Assembly (NCBI GenBank): GCA_963816355.1
Contig: CAWFKH010000003.1
Span: 1,216,001 to 1,280,000 of the forward strand
Length of the DNA: 64,000 nucleotides
Source: an uncultured Gemmatimonadales bacterium
GTDB taxonomy: Bacteria; Gemmatimonadota; Gemmatimonadetes; Longimicrobiales; RSA9
Reading direction: 5' to 3'
Each line of letters opens with the position of its first letter. Positions within the stretch are counted from its first letter, which is position 1. The notes beneath the pieces are model-generated. The model was not told the DNA's origin. It was given only the letters and a program-made list of their open reading frames with translations, and did not search any database. This document shows positions 27,846 to 36,897 of the stretch, piece after piece. Made by a program: the position numbers and the translations under genes.

Positions 27846-28714
27846 CGGCCGCTCTCCGCCTCTTCCGTGTCGAGGACGACGTTGTCGATCAGGCGCGTCG
27901 CGCCCACGTAGGCGGCGACCGCGATCACGCTGCCGGGCGCCGCGCGCTCCAGCGGATCGAGTCGCTGCGCGTCCACCAACTCGACGTACTGCGGCTCGAC
28001 GCCCGCCGCCCCGAGCGTCTCCTCGACCATACCCCGAAGCCGCTGCGCCGTGCGCTCGCCCCGCCGGAACGCCCGCCGCGCGCGGAAGAGACCGGCCGAG
28101 AGCGACAGCGCCCGCTCCCGCTCCGCGGCGCTCAGGTACGCGTTGCGCGAGCTGAGCGCGAGGCCGTCCGCTTCTCGCACGATCGGCGCCAGCGCCACCT
28201 CGATCGGCCAGTCCAGGTCCCGCACCATGCGGCCGATCAGCACGCCCTGCTGGAAGTCCTTGCGACCGAACACCGCCACGTCCGGCTCGACCACGTTGAA
28301 CAGCTTCGCGACCACCGTCAGAACACCCCGAAAATGACCGGGCCGGAAGCGGCCGCAGAGGCGCTCGCCGAGATCACCCGGTACCACCTCGACCACCGGC
28401 TCCCCCTCCGGATACATCTCCGACGCCGCGGGCGCGAACAGGAGGTCGGTTCCCGCCTCCGCGAGGAGCTCGGCGTCCCGTTCCCGCTGCCGCGGGTAGC
28501 GCTCGTAGTCCTCGCCGGGGCCGAACTGGAGGGGATTCACGAAGATCGAAGCCACGAGGTAGGAGGCGCCGTGCTCCCCCCGCGCGCGCTGCACCAGCGA
28601 CAGATGGCCCGCGTGGAGCGCGCCCATGGTCGGGACGAATCCGACGCGGCCGCCTTCGGCGCGCGCCCGCGCCACCGCCTCGCGCACTCCCGCCACCGTC
28701 GATTCGCTCCGCAT
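27842..28714 (-). CDS. panC: Pantoate--beta-alanine ligase
   Basis: FVPTMGALHAGH, SIFVNPLQF, RPGHFRGV, FGRKDFQQ, DGLALSSRN, RLIDN. Confidence 0.97.
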   Translation of the reverse strand: MRSESTVAGVREAVARARAEGGRVGFVPTMGALHAGHLSLVQRARGEHGASYLVASIFVNPLQFGPGEDYERYPRQRERDAELLAEAGTDLLFAPAASEMYPEGEPVVEVVPGDLGERLCGRFRPGHFRGVLTVVAKLFNVVEPDVAVFGRKDFQQGVLIGRMVRDLDWPIEVALAPIVREADGLALSSRNAYLSAAERERALSLSAGLFRARRAFRRGERTAQRLRGMVEETLGAAGVEPQYVELVDAQRLDPLERAAPGSVIAVAAYVGATRLIDNVVLDTEEAESGR

Positions 28715-28729
28715 CGACCGCTTCGGCTT

Positions 28730-29557
28730 CTACTCGAACGAGTGCTCGGCCGCCGGGTACTCGCCGCGACGCACCGCCTCCCCGTACGCGGCGACTCCGG
28801 TCCGCACCGCCTCGCCCAGCTCGGCGAAGCGCCGCAGGAACCGCGGGCTGAATCCCTCGTTGAGGCCCAGCAGGTCGTAGAGCACGAGGACCTGGCCGTC
28901 CGTCTCCGGGCCGGCCCCGATCCCGATCGTCGGGATCGCGAGCGAGCGCGTGATCTCGCCCGCCAGCCCGCGCGGGATCAGCTCCAGCACGACGCCGAAG
29001 CAGCCCGCCTCCTGCAGGCGCAGCGCGTCCGCCCGCAGGCGCTCGGCGCTCGCGGCCTCCCTCCCCTGCACCCGCGCCCCCCCCATCGCGTGCACCGACT
29101 GCGGCGTGAAGCCGAGGTGGCCGAGCACGGGCACTCCGGCCCGCACGAGCGCCCGTACGTGATCCGCCGCGACATCGTCGCCACCCTCCAGCTTCACCGC
29201 CTCCGCACCCGTCTCCTTCAACACCCGCCCCGCGTTGCGCAGCGTCTCTTCGGGCGAGATCTGGAAGCTCAGGAAGGGCAGGTCCACCACTACCAGCGCG
29301 TGCCGCACGCCACGCCGTACCGCCGCGCCGTGCTGGATCATCTGCTCGAGCGTGACGGGCAGCGTCGAGTCGTAGCCGTGCACCACCTGCCCCGCTGAGT
29401 CCCCCACCAGCACCACGTCCACGCCCGCCGCGTCCACGAGACGGCCGAACGTGAAGTCGTACGCCGTCACGACGACGATCCGTTCGCCCGCGCGCTTGCG
29501 CTCGCGAACGTCGCGCACCGTGAACCGCCCTCGGCCGGCGCCTCGCTCCGTGCTCAT
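28730..29557 (-). CDS. panB: 3-methyl-2-oxobutanoate hydroxymethyltransferase
   Basis: TAYD, LVGDS, VKLEGG, GHLGFTPQS, PTIGIGAG..DGQVLV. Confidence 0.97.
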   Translation of the reverse strand: MSTERGAGRGRFTVRDVRERKRAGERIVVVTAYDFTFGRLVDAAGVDVVLVGDSAGQVVHGYDSTLPVTLEQMIQHGAAVRRGVRHALVVVDLPFLSFQISPEETLRNAGRVLKETGAEAVKLEGGDDVAADHVRALVRAGVPVLGHLGFTPQSVHAMGGARVQGREAASAERLRADALRLQEAGCFGVVLELIPRGLAGEITRSLAIPTIGIGAGPETDGQVLVLYDLLGLNEGFSPRFLRRFAELGEAVRTGVAAYGEAVRRGEYPAAEHSFE

Positions 29558-29657
29558 CCTCGCCGCCTCCCACGCGGGCACCATCTCCGCAAGTGCCCAC
29601 CATGGCGCAGTTTATCATACCGTTGACGCGCCGGCATACTACCCGCACTTTGCCGGC

Positions 29658-31508
29658 GTGTCAAACCCCATCCGCTACGATTCGCTCCTCGTCCATCACC
29701 TCGGCCGCGAGCTCGACGCCGCCCTCGCCGGACGGCCTCTCCGGCGCCTCCGCCTCGACGCCCGCAGCCGCCGCGCCGCGCTCGTGCTGGACCGCGACGC
29801 CCTCCTCCTCGACCTCCACCCGCGCTCCGGCTGGATCGGCTTCGGTCCGTCCACCGCTGACGACGTGGCGGCCGAGCTGCCGCGCGCCGCCGCAATCGCC
29901 GGCGTCCGCGCGCCGCCGGACGAGCGCTGGATCGAGATCCACGTCCGTGGCACGCCCGCCGACGGCGTCCGCCGCCTCATCGTCGAGCTGCTGACCAATC
30001 AGTGGAACCTCCTGGCGCTCGACGCGGACGACCGCGTGCGCCACGTGCTGTGGACGCGCACCGCCGGAAAACGGCCGCTGCGGCTGGGCGCGCGGTACGA
30101 GCCGCCCCCGCCGGCGCGGCGCGAAGGGGCGCGATCGAAGCTCGGCCGCAAGCGCTGGCGGGAGCTGCTGTCGGCCGCCCCTGCCGCCGCCGGTCCCGCG
30201 CACGCGACGGACGCGTCCGGAGGGGCCGGATCCCACCCCGCTTCCTCCCGGCTCGTTCGCCTCGTCGCGTGGACCAGCCCACTCAACACTGCCTGGATCC
30301 TCGGTGCCGACGGCGACGCCGTCGCGGCGGACTTCGCTGCCACCTACGACCGCTACGCCGAGCTCATCCCGGCCGACGTCGTGGCGGCGCCGGCCGCCGG
30401 CGGCGCGAACGACCCGGCCGCGCCGGGCGCGAACGACCCGGCCGCGCCGAGCGCGAACGAGGAGGCCGCGCGGCCCCGCGTCGCGCGCGCCTTCCTGCGG
30501 GAGAGCGAGCCGGCGGTCTACGTGCACGCGCTCGGCGGCCCCGCGAGGACGTGCGAGTCGCTCCTCGCCGCGCTGCGCGCGGCGGCCGGAGCGACGACCC
30601 CGGCCCCCACCCCGGAGTCGGCCGCGGTGCCGCCGGAGCTCGTCGCTCGGCTGGAGCGCCGCCTCGACGCCGTCCACCGTCGCCTCGCGCGGCTGGAGCA
30701 GGAGCAGGAGGACGCCCGCCCCGAGGCCGCGCGGCTGCGGCAGCGCGCGGACCTCCTGCTGGCACAGCCGCACCTCGCGCCGCGCGGTACGCGCCACGCC
30801 GCGCTGTCCGATTTCCAGGGCGGCACCGTCGACGTGGATCTCGACCCGGCGCTCGACGCCGTCGCCAACGCGCAGCGCGTCTACGACGCCGCCCGCCGGC
30901 GCGAGCGGGCCGCCGAGCGGCTGCCACGTCTCGTAGGGCGGGCCCGCGGCGAGGCGGGACGCGTGGAGCGTCTGCTCGAACGAGCCCGATCCGGACGGGT
31001 GGAGGACCCTGCCCTGCCGGCAGAGCTGGCAGAAGAGGTCGCGATCGCGGCGGGTGCGGCCGGCGGCGGCGCGGGCAGCGCCCACCGCGCGGCAGGGGGC
31101 GCGGCGGCCGGCGCCTCGCCCCTGCCCTACCGCACGTACCGCACGAGCGGCGGACTCGAGGTGCGCGTCGGCCGCGGCAGCCGGGCCAACGACGACCTCA
31201 CCTTCCGCCACTCCGCGCCGGAAGACGTATGGCTTCACGCGCGCGACGCCGCGGGCGCCCACGTGATCCTGCAATGGGGCCGCAAGGACGCCAACCCGCC
31301 CGCCCGCGACATCGCCGAGGCCGCCGTGCTCGCGGCGCTGCGCAGCCGCGCCCGCACCTCCGGCACCGTGGCCGTCGACTGGACCCGCCGCAAGTACGTC
31401 CGCAAGCCGCGCAAGGCGGGACCCGGGCGCGTCGTGCCGGAACGCGTGAAGACGATCTTCGTGGAGCCCGACTCCGCCGTCGCACGCCGGATGGCGCAGC
31501 GCGACTGA
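29658..31508 (+). CDS. rqcH: NFACT family protein (RqcH/FbpA-like ribosome quality-control factor)
   Basis: N-terminal D..L/IVELL..WNL, coiled coil, LDPAL...NAQ..Y, C-terminal VGR...ND.LT, WLHARDAAGAHV, VDWT.RKYVRKP; GTG start inferred. Confidence 0.85.
   Translation: MSNPIRYDSLLVHHLGRELDAALAGRPLRRLRLDARSRRAALVLDRDALLLDLHPRSGWIGFGPSTADDVAAELPRAAAIAGVRAPPDERWIEIHVRGTPADGVRRLIVELLTNQWNLLALDADDRVRHVLWTRTAGKRPLRLGARYEPPPPARREGARSKLGRKRWRELLSAAPAAAGPAHATDASGGAGSHPASSRLVRLVAWTSPLNTAWILGADGDAVAADFAATYDRYAELIPADVVAAPAAGGANDPAAPGANDPAAPSANEEAARPRVARAFLRESEPAVYVHALGGPARTCESLLAALRAAAGATTPAPTPESAAVPPELVARLERRLDAVHRRLARLEQEQEDARPEAARLRQRADLLLAQPHLAPRGTRHAALSDFQGGTVDVDLDPALDAVANAQRVYDAARRRERAAERLPRLVGRARGEAGRVERLLERARSGRVEDPALPAELAEEVAIAAGAAGGGAGSAHRAAGGAAAGASPLPYRTYRTSGGLEVRVGRGSRANDDLTFRHSAPEDVWLHARDAAGAHVILQWGRKDANPPARDIAEAAVLAALRSRARTSGTVAVDWTRRKYVRKPRKAGPGRVVPERVKTIFVEPDSAVARRMAQRD
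30402..30470 (+). repeat. In-frame 24-bp tandem repeat (GANDPAAP x~2.8) in the NFACT gene
   Basis: GGCGCGAACGACCCGGCCGCGCCG at 30402 and 30426; degenerate third copy at 30450. Confidence 0.85.
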
Positions 31509-31607
31509 CCGGACGCGAAGGCGCCGCGGCGGGCGCTGCACCCGCCCAGCGCGGCCGCAGCGGCCGCGGCTGCCGCTACGGCAACGACCCCCGCCGCGCT
31601 CCGGCCG

Positions 31608-32417
31608 CTACGGCAGCGCTTCCCGCAGCGCCCGCACGAACGCGAGCGCCGACGCGGCGCCCTCATCGCCGAGGCGCTGGATGAACGCGCTCCCCACCAC
31701 GATCCCGTCCGCCACCTCCCCGACCGCCCGCGCCTGCGCCGGCGAGGAGATGCCGAAGCCGACGAGCACCGGGACCGTGCTCGCGGCACGCAACGACGCC
31801 ACCTCCCCCGCGAGCGTCTCCGGCAGCGTCGCCCGAGCCCCCGTCACGCCGGTGCGCGAGATGTAGTAGACGAACCCCTGCGACCTCGCGGCGATCGCGT
31901 TGCGGCGCGCCTCCGAGGTGGTGGGCGCGATCAGCCGCACCAGCGCCAGCGGCGACGCCTCGAGCATCGCCTCGAGCGCCGGATCGCCGCCCAGCGGCAG
32001 ATCCGTCAACAGCAGGCCGTCCGCGCCCGCCGCCACCGCGTCACGCACCGCCGCCTCCGCGCCGTACGCCAGGATCGGGTTCAGATAGGTGAACAGGATG
32101 ACGGGCGTCGCGTGCTCCGCTCGAAAGGCGCGCAGCGCCTCGAGCGCCGCAGCGAACCCCGCGCCCGCCTCCAGCGCCTTCTGGGACGCCGCCTGAATCG
32201 TCGGCCCGTCCGCGAGTGGATCGCTGAACGGAACGCCCAGCTCGATCGCGTCCGCTCCCGCTTCCGCCAGCCCCCGCAGCAGCGCCGGCGTCGCCGCCGC
32301 GTCCGGGAAGCCCGCCGTCAGGTACGGCACGAGCAGACGGTGGCCCGCCGCCACCCGCTCCCCCAGCGCGGCGGTGAGCCGCGCCTCAGGCGAAGTAGTC
32401 ACCGATCCGGATTCCAT
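31608..32417 (-). CDS. trpA: Tryptophan synthase alpha chain
   Basis: PYLTAGFP, IELGVPFSDPLADGPTIQ, FTYLNP, APTT, YYISRTGVTG, GFGIS, DGIVVGS. Confidence 0.97.
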   Translation of the reverse strand: MESGSVTTSPEARLTAALGERVAAGHRLLVPYLTAGFPDAAATPALLRGLAEAGADAIELGVPFSDPLADGPTIQAASQKALEAGAGFAAALEALRAFRAEHATPVILFTYLNPILAYGAEAAVRDAVAAGADGLLLTDLPLGGDPALEAMLEASPLALVRLIAPTTSEARRNAIAARSQGFVYYISRTGVTGARATLPETLAGEVASLRAASTVPVLVGFGISSPAQARAVGEVADGIVVGSAFIQRLGDEGAASALAFVRALREALP

Positions 32418-33891
32418 AGCGCGCCGGGTCCGTCGTCTTGATGATCGTCCGCGCCGGCAGCCCCGTCGCCTCGTCCACCGCCGACAGGTCCACCAGCGCC
32501 GGCTCCCCGAGTGGCCGACCGTAACCGTCCGAGATCACCTTCACCATCGGCTGGTGCAGCTTCACCGGGTCCGGGTTCGCCGCGTACACCAGCCCCAGCT
32601 CGTGCGTGTCCAGGATCACCAGCGTTCCCACCGGGAAGATCCCCGTCACGTTGATCAGCGCCTTCACCAGCAGCGCGTCGTAGCCCCGCTTCGGGTTGTC
32701 CCGCATCTCCTGCAGCACCAGCTCCGCCCGCGGAGGGTCGCGCTGATACGACCGCCGCGCCGTGCCCGCTTCGAACCCGTCCGCCACCGCCACGATGCGG
32801 CTGAACAGTGTGGGGCTCCGCGGCCGCCGGTTCTTCGGGTAGCCCGACAGGTCCACGCGCATGTGATGCTCGTACGCCATCAGCATCGCCCGCCACAGCC
32901 CCTCCCCGAACCCGTGCATCGAGAACAGCGCCAGCATGCCGTCCGTGGGATGCCGCTGCATCCGGTGCCATTCCTCCTCCGTCAGCCCCCCCTCCTTCTG
33001 CACCAGCTCCGCCCCCACCCGCTGCTTCCCCACGTCGTGGAACAGCGCCCCCATCCCCAGCTCGTACAACTGCAGCTTCGACAGCCCCAGCTTCTGACCC
33101 AGGATCACGCTGAAGATGCACACGTTAACGCAGTGCGTGAACGTGTACTCGTCGAAATCGCGCAGCGTCGTCATCCCCAGCATCAACTGCTCGTTGCGCA
33201 GCACCTGGTCGACGATCGCCTGCACCGCACGCTTCACCCGCCGCACGCTCACCGCCTTGCCCAGCCGCGTGTCCGTCAGAACGTGACGAGCCACTTGAAC
33301 TGACTGGACATATGTCCTCTTGGCAGCCTCTTTTGCGAGATTCTCATCATCCTCCTCCTCTTGCTCCGTCGACGGCTGCGTCATGGCGACGCGGATGCGA
33401 CGGACGGGCGAGGCGTCGAGGCGGTCGCGGAAGCGGAGGTACGGCGCCGCGGGGTCGTCGTCGGACCCCGCCGCGGGCGGCTCGGCGAGGAGCAGGGCGA
33501 GGAAGGCGGCCCATTCGGGGCGTTCGACGTCGCGGTCGATGTCGATCTCGCCCAAGAGGTGTCGCGAGAAGAGGTTTCGGACCTGGGAGATGGCGCCGTA
33601 GGTGCTCAGCTCCATGCGGAGCCGGACGTCGTTGAGGAAGACGAAGTCGTCCGCGATGCGGACGTTCGCCATCTGCTCGAGATCGAAGAGGGCGGTGGCG
33701 CTGCGGCGCAGCTCGTCGAGGGCGTGCTGCACGGTCTCGTTCTCGATCGGGTAGAGGCGCAGCGCCTGCGCGGCCGCGTGGAAAGCGAGGAGCAGGGCCT
33801 TGCCGGCGTCCTGCAGGGCGGCGGCGTCCGCGCGCTCGTCGCGGGAGACGTCGTCGGGGCGCATTCCCTCGGCGCCGGCGATGGTGCTCAC
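32386..33891 (-). CDS. HD-GYP domain protein (putative c-di-GMP phosphodiesterase) with an uncharacterised N-terminal domain
   Basis: DEYTFTHCVNV, LFHDVGK, HPTDG, EHHMRVDLSGYP, RIVAVAD; start GTG 33891 (GTGA overlap) or ATG 33864. Confidence 0.88.
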   Translation of the reverse strand: MSTIAGAEGMRPDDVSRDERADAAALQDAGKALLLAFHAAAQALRLYPIENETVQHALDELRRSATALFDLEQMANVRIADDFVFLNDVRLRMELSTYGAISQVRNLFSRHLLGEIDIDRDVERPEWAAFLALLLAEPPAAGSDDDPAAPYLRFRDRLDASPVRRIRVAMTQPSTEQEEEDDENLAKEAAKRTYVQSVQVARHVLTDTRLGKAVSVRRVKRAVQAIVDQVLRNEQLMLGMTTLRDFDEYTFTHCVNVCIFSVILGQKLGLSKLQLYELGMGALFHDVGKQRVGAELVQKEGGLTEEEWHRMQRHPTDGMLALFSMHGFGEGLWRAMLMAYEHHMRVDLSGYPKNRRPRSPTLFSRIVAVADGFEAGTARRSYQRDPPRAELVLQEMRDNPKRGYDALLVKALINVTGIFPVGTLVILDTHELGLVYAANPDPVKLHQPMVKVISDGYGRPLGEPALVDLSAVDEATGLPARTIIKTTDPARYGIRIGDYFA

Positions 33892-35660
33892 GGGCGGCTG
33901 TCGCGGCGGAGGGCGCCGAGCGCGGCGGTGCGGACGAGCGGCTCCTTGTCGGAAGCGGCGGTGCGCAGCGCCTTCTCGGCGGTGGGTGTGGCGACGCGGC
34001 CGAGCGCACGGGCGGCGCAGGCGCGGATCTCGGGCGGCTGCCGGCCGCCGATCAGGCTCCGCGAGTTGAGGAGGCGGTCGAGCAGCGGGACGCTGTCGCC
34101 GCCGGCGACGGCCGCGTACGCTTCGAAGAAGGCGATCTTCTCGGTGAGGTCGGCGTCGCGGATGGCGCGGTCCTCCAGGATGCGCTCGAGCACGGCGCGG
34201 GCCGGAGCGTGGCGGAGCGCGCCGATGCCGCGCGCGGCGGCGATGCGGACGTCGCGGTCGTCGTCGCCGACGGCGCGGTGGAGCGGCTCGACGGCCGCAG
34301 CGGACTTCATGGCGGCGAGCGCTTCGACGGCGGCGAGTCGGAGGGTGGCGTCCTCGTGGCCGATCAGCCGCTGCAGCGCGGGCACGGTGGCAGGGAGGGC
34401 GAGGCGGCCGGCGATGCGCGCGGCGCCCGCCGCGAGGAGCGGATCGGGGTCGTCCACGAGGGCGACGAGGGCGTCGACGTTCTGGCGGGCCATGCCCTCG
34501 ATGGCGGAGCGGAAGCGGTCGCGCAGCGCCGGGACCTGCGTGCGCTCGGTCGCGCCGAGCAGAACCGGCAGCGCCTCGGGACGGAGATAGTTGATGAAGA
34601 TGCCGAGCTCCGTCGCGCCGGCGTCGATCGCGCCCTCCTCGACGGCCTGGAAGAGCTGCTGCAGCATGGCGGGCGTGCTGAGCTCGTCGAAGACGGCGGC
34701 GGCCTCGGCCTCGATCGTCTCCGGAAGGACGTCGTCCTGATCCAGCAGCGTCTGCAGCTCGAGGAGCACCGTGGCCGCGTAGCCGAGATCGCCGCGCGCG
34801 AGGAAGACCGGAAGGATCTGTCGCAGCACGGTGACGATCTCCGCCTGCAGCGGCGGCTCGTCCTCGAGGCGGTCGAAGAGCGCGTTCAGCACGTCCGCCT
34901 TGAGGTCTCGCTGCCATTCACGATCGAGCTCCGTGCGCAGCGTCGCGATCTCGCGGTCGTCGAGGAAGAGGAGCGTCTCCTCGAACTGCCCGGCGCCGAA
35001 CTCCGGCGGCCGCTCCGCGTCGGCCGCCTCCGTGTCCGCGCCCTCGCGCCGCTCCGATGCGCCCGGGCCGGCCTCGTCGATCTCGCGCTGGATCAGCTCC
35101 GGCGGCACCGGCTCGAGGAGACCCGCGCCCGGCTCCGGCAGGGCGACCGTGTCGGCGAGCTGATCCATGTAGCCGAAGCGGAAGTGCGGAAGGTCGGCCT
35201 CCCACAGCAGGGTGACGAGGTCGTCGCCGTACTTGTCGGCGACACGGGCGCGGTTCAGCACGTCGAGGAACGGCTCGACCCCGTCCTCGAAGCCGGGCTC
35301 GAAGGTGATGAAACGGATGCCGTCCTTGTAGAAGACGAACGGCAGGCTCTCCCGGCCCTCCCCGACCTCGCACGAGACGCCGCTCCACACGAAGGCGCCC
35401 TCCTCCACCCGCAGCTCGAGCGGCTCGAGGTAGCCCCACAGATCGGCGAACGCTTCATGGAGCGACTCCGTGAAACGCTGCCGGACCGGGTTGTCGGCGT
35501 TGTAGAGCTGATGCGAGCGGATGCACTTTCCCAGGAGCCTCAGCAGGCGCGCGACGCGCTCGGCTTCCGTTCCCGCCCCGGCGTCGACGCCCGCCTCCGT
35601 CTCCTCGTCGGCGAGATCCAGCGCCGCCGGATGGATCAGGTCCCCGCTCGCGTCGGCCAT
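33888..35660 (-). CDS. HEAT-repeat protein with an uncharacterised N-terminal domain
   Basis: C-terminal HEAT/PBS-lyase repeats (LRLAAVEALA, VRIAAARGIG, IRACAARALG, VRTAALGAL). Confidence 0.85.
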   Translation of the reverse strand: MADASGDLIHPAALDLADEETEAGVDAGAGTEAERVARLLRLLGKCIRSHQLYNADNPVRQRFTESLHEAFADLWGYLEPLELRVEEGAFVWSGVSCEVGEGRESLPFVFYKDGIRFITFEPGFEDGVEPFLDVLNRARVADKYGDDLVTLLWEADLPHFRFGYMDQLADTVALPEPGAGLLEPVPPELIQREIDEAGPGASERREGADTEAADAERPPEFGAGQFEETLLFLDDREIATLRTELDREWQRDLKADVLNALFDRLEDEPPLQAEIVTVLRQILPVFLARGDLGYAATVLLELQTLLDQDDVLPETIEAEAAAVFDELSTPAMLQQLFQAVEEGAIDAGATELGIFINYLRPEALPVLLGATERTQVPALRDRFRSAIEGMARQNVDALVALVDDPDPLLAAGAARIAGRLALPATVPALQRLIGHEDATLRLAAVEALAAMKSAAAVEPLHRAVGDDDRDVRIAAARGIGALRHAPARAVLERILEDRAIRDADLTEKIAFFEAYAAVAGGDSVPLLDRLLNSRSLIGGRQPPEIRACAARALGRVATPTAEKALRTAASDKEPLVRTAALGALRRDSRP

Positions 35661-35670
35661 CTCTAGCTGG

Positions 35671-36897
35671 TCACTCCGTCGCCTCGCCGCCCGGGCCGCC
35701 GCTGAGCATCTCGGCCACCTGTGCGACGTCCTTGTCCCCCCGCCCGCTCAGGTTCAGCACCACCGGCCCGGCATCCGCCCATCGCGCCCCCTCGCGCAGC
35801 AGGTAGGCCACGGCGTGGGCGCTTTCGAGCGCCGGTATGATGCCCTCGAGCCGCGCCAGCCGCGCGAACGCGGCGAGCGCCTCCTCGTCGCTCGCGCTGA
35901 CGTAGCGCGCACGGCCGCTCGCGCGCAGGTGCGCGTGCTCCGGCCCGACGCCGGGATAATCGAGGCCCGCGGAGACGGAATGCGCCGGCGCGACCTGGCC
36001 GCCGTCGTCCTGGAGCAGGTAGCTGAGCGAACCGTGGAGCACGCCGGGACGGCCGGCGGACAGCGACGCCGCGTGGCGCCCGCTCCCCAGCCCCTCGCCC
36101 GACGCCTCGACGCCGACGAGCTCGACTGCTTCGTCCGGGATGAAGGTGTGGAAGATGCCCATCGCGTTCGATCCCCCACCGACGCACGCGACCACGGCCG
36201 CGGGGAGTCGGCCCTCGAGCGCCTCGAGCTGTGTGCGGGTCTCCTGGCCGATGACGGCCTGGAAGTCGCGGACCATCCGGGGATACGGGTCGGGTCCGAC
36301 CACGGAGCCGATAATGTAATGCGTGTCGCGGACGTTGGTAACCCAGTCGCGGATCGCCTCGTTCGTCGCGTCCTTGAGCGTGCGCGTGCCGCTCCGCACC
36401 GTGCGCACCTCCGCTCCCATCAGCTCCATGCGATAGACGTTCAGCGCCTGCCGCCGCACATCTTCCTCGCCCATGTAGACGACACAGTCGAGCCCGAACA
36501 ACGCGCACACCGTCGCCGTCGCCACGCCGTGCTGACCCGCGCCGGTCTCGGCGATGATGCGGCCCTTGCCCATGCGACGCGCCAGCAGCACCTGGCCGAG
36601 CGTGTTGTTGATCTTGTGCGCGCCCGTGTGGTTGAGGTCCTCCCGCTTGAGGTAGACGCGCACGCCGCCCGCGGCGTCACCCAGCCGGTCCGCCCGATAG
36701 AGCGGCGTCGGCCGGCCCACGTAATCGCGCAGCAGCGCATCCAGATCCCGGCGGTAGGCAGCATCGCGCCGGGCCTCCGCGTACGCCGCCGCCAGCTCGT
36801 CGAGCGCGCCGATCAGCGTCTCCGGCACGTAGCGGCCGCCGAACTCGCCGAAGCGGCCCGTCTCCGTCGCCGCCGCCGTCTCTTCTCCCTCGTTCAT
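35671..36897 (-). CDS. trpB: Tryptophan synthase beta chain
   Basis: [67 protein letters not shown]. Confidence 0.98.
   Translation of the reverse strand: MNEGEETAAATETGRFGEFGGRYVPETLIGALDELAAAYAEARRDAAYRRDLDALLRDYVGRPTPLYRADRLGDAAGGVRVYLKREDLNHTGAHKINNTLGQVLLARRMGKGRIIAETGAGQHGVATATVCALFGLDCVVYMGEEDVRRQALNVYRMELMGAEVRTVRSGTRTLKDATNEAIRDWVTNVRDTHYIIGSVVGPDPYPRMVRDFQAVIGQETRTQLEALEGRLPAAVVACVGGGSNAMGIFHTFIPDEAVELVGVEASGEGLGSGRHAASLSAGRPGVLHGSLSYLLQDDGGQVAPAHSVSAGLDYPGVGPEHAHLRASGRARYVSASDEEALAAFARLARLEGIIPALESAHAVAYLLREGARWADAGPVVLNLSGRGDKDVAQVAEMLSGGPGGEATE

Noticed and set aside
31550..31568. CGCGGCCGC-A-GCGGCCGCG inverted repeat between NFACT and trpA as a terminator
   Set aside because: No U-tract, and GC-only palindromes are common at this composition
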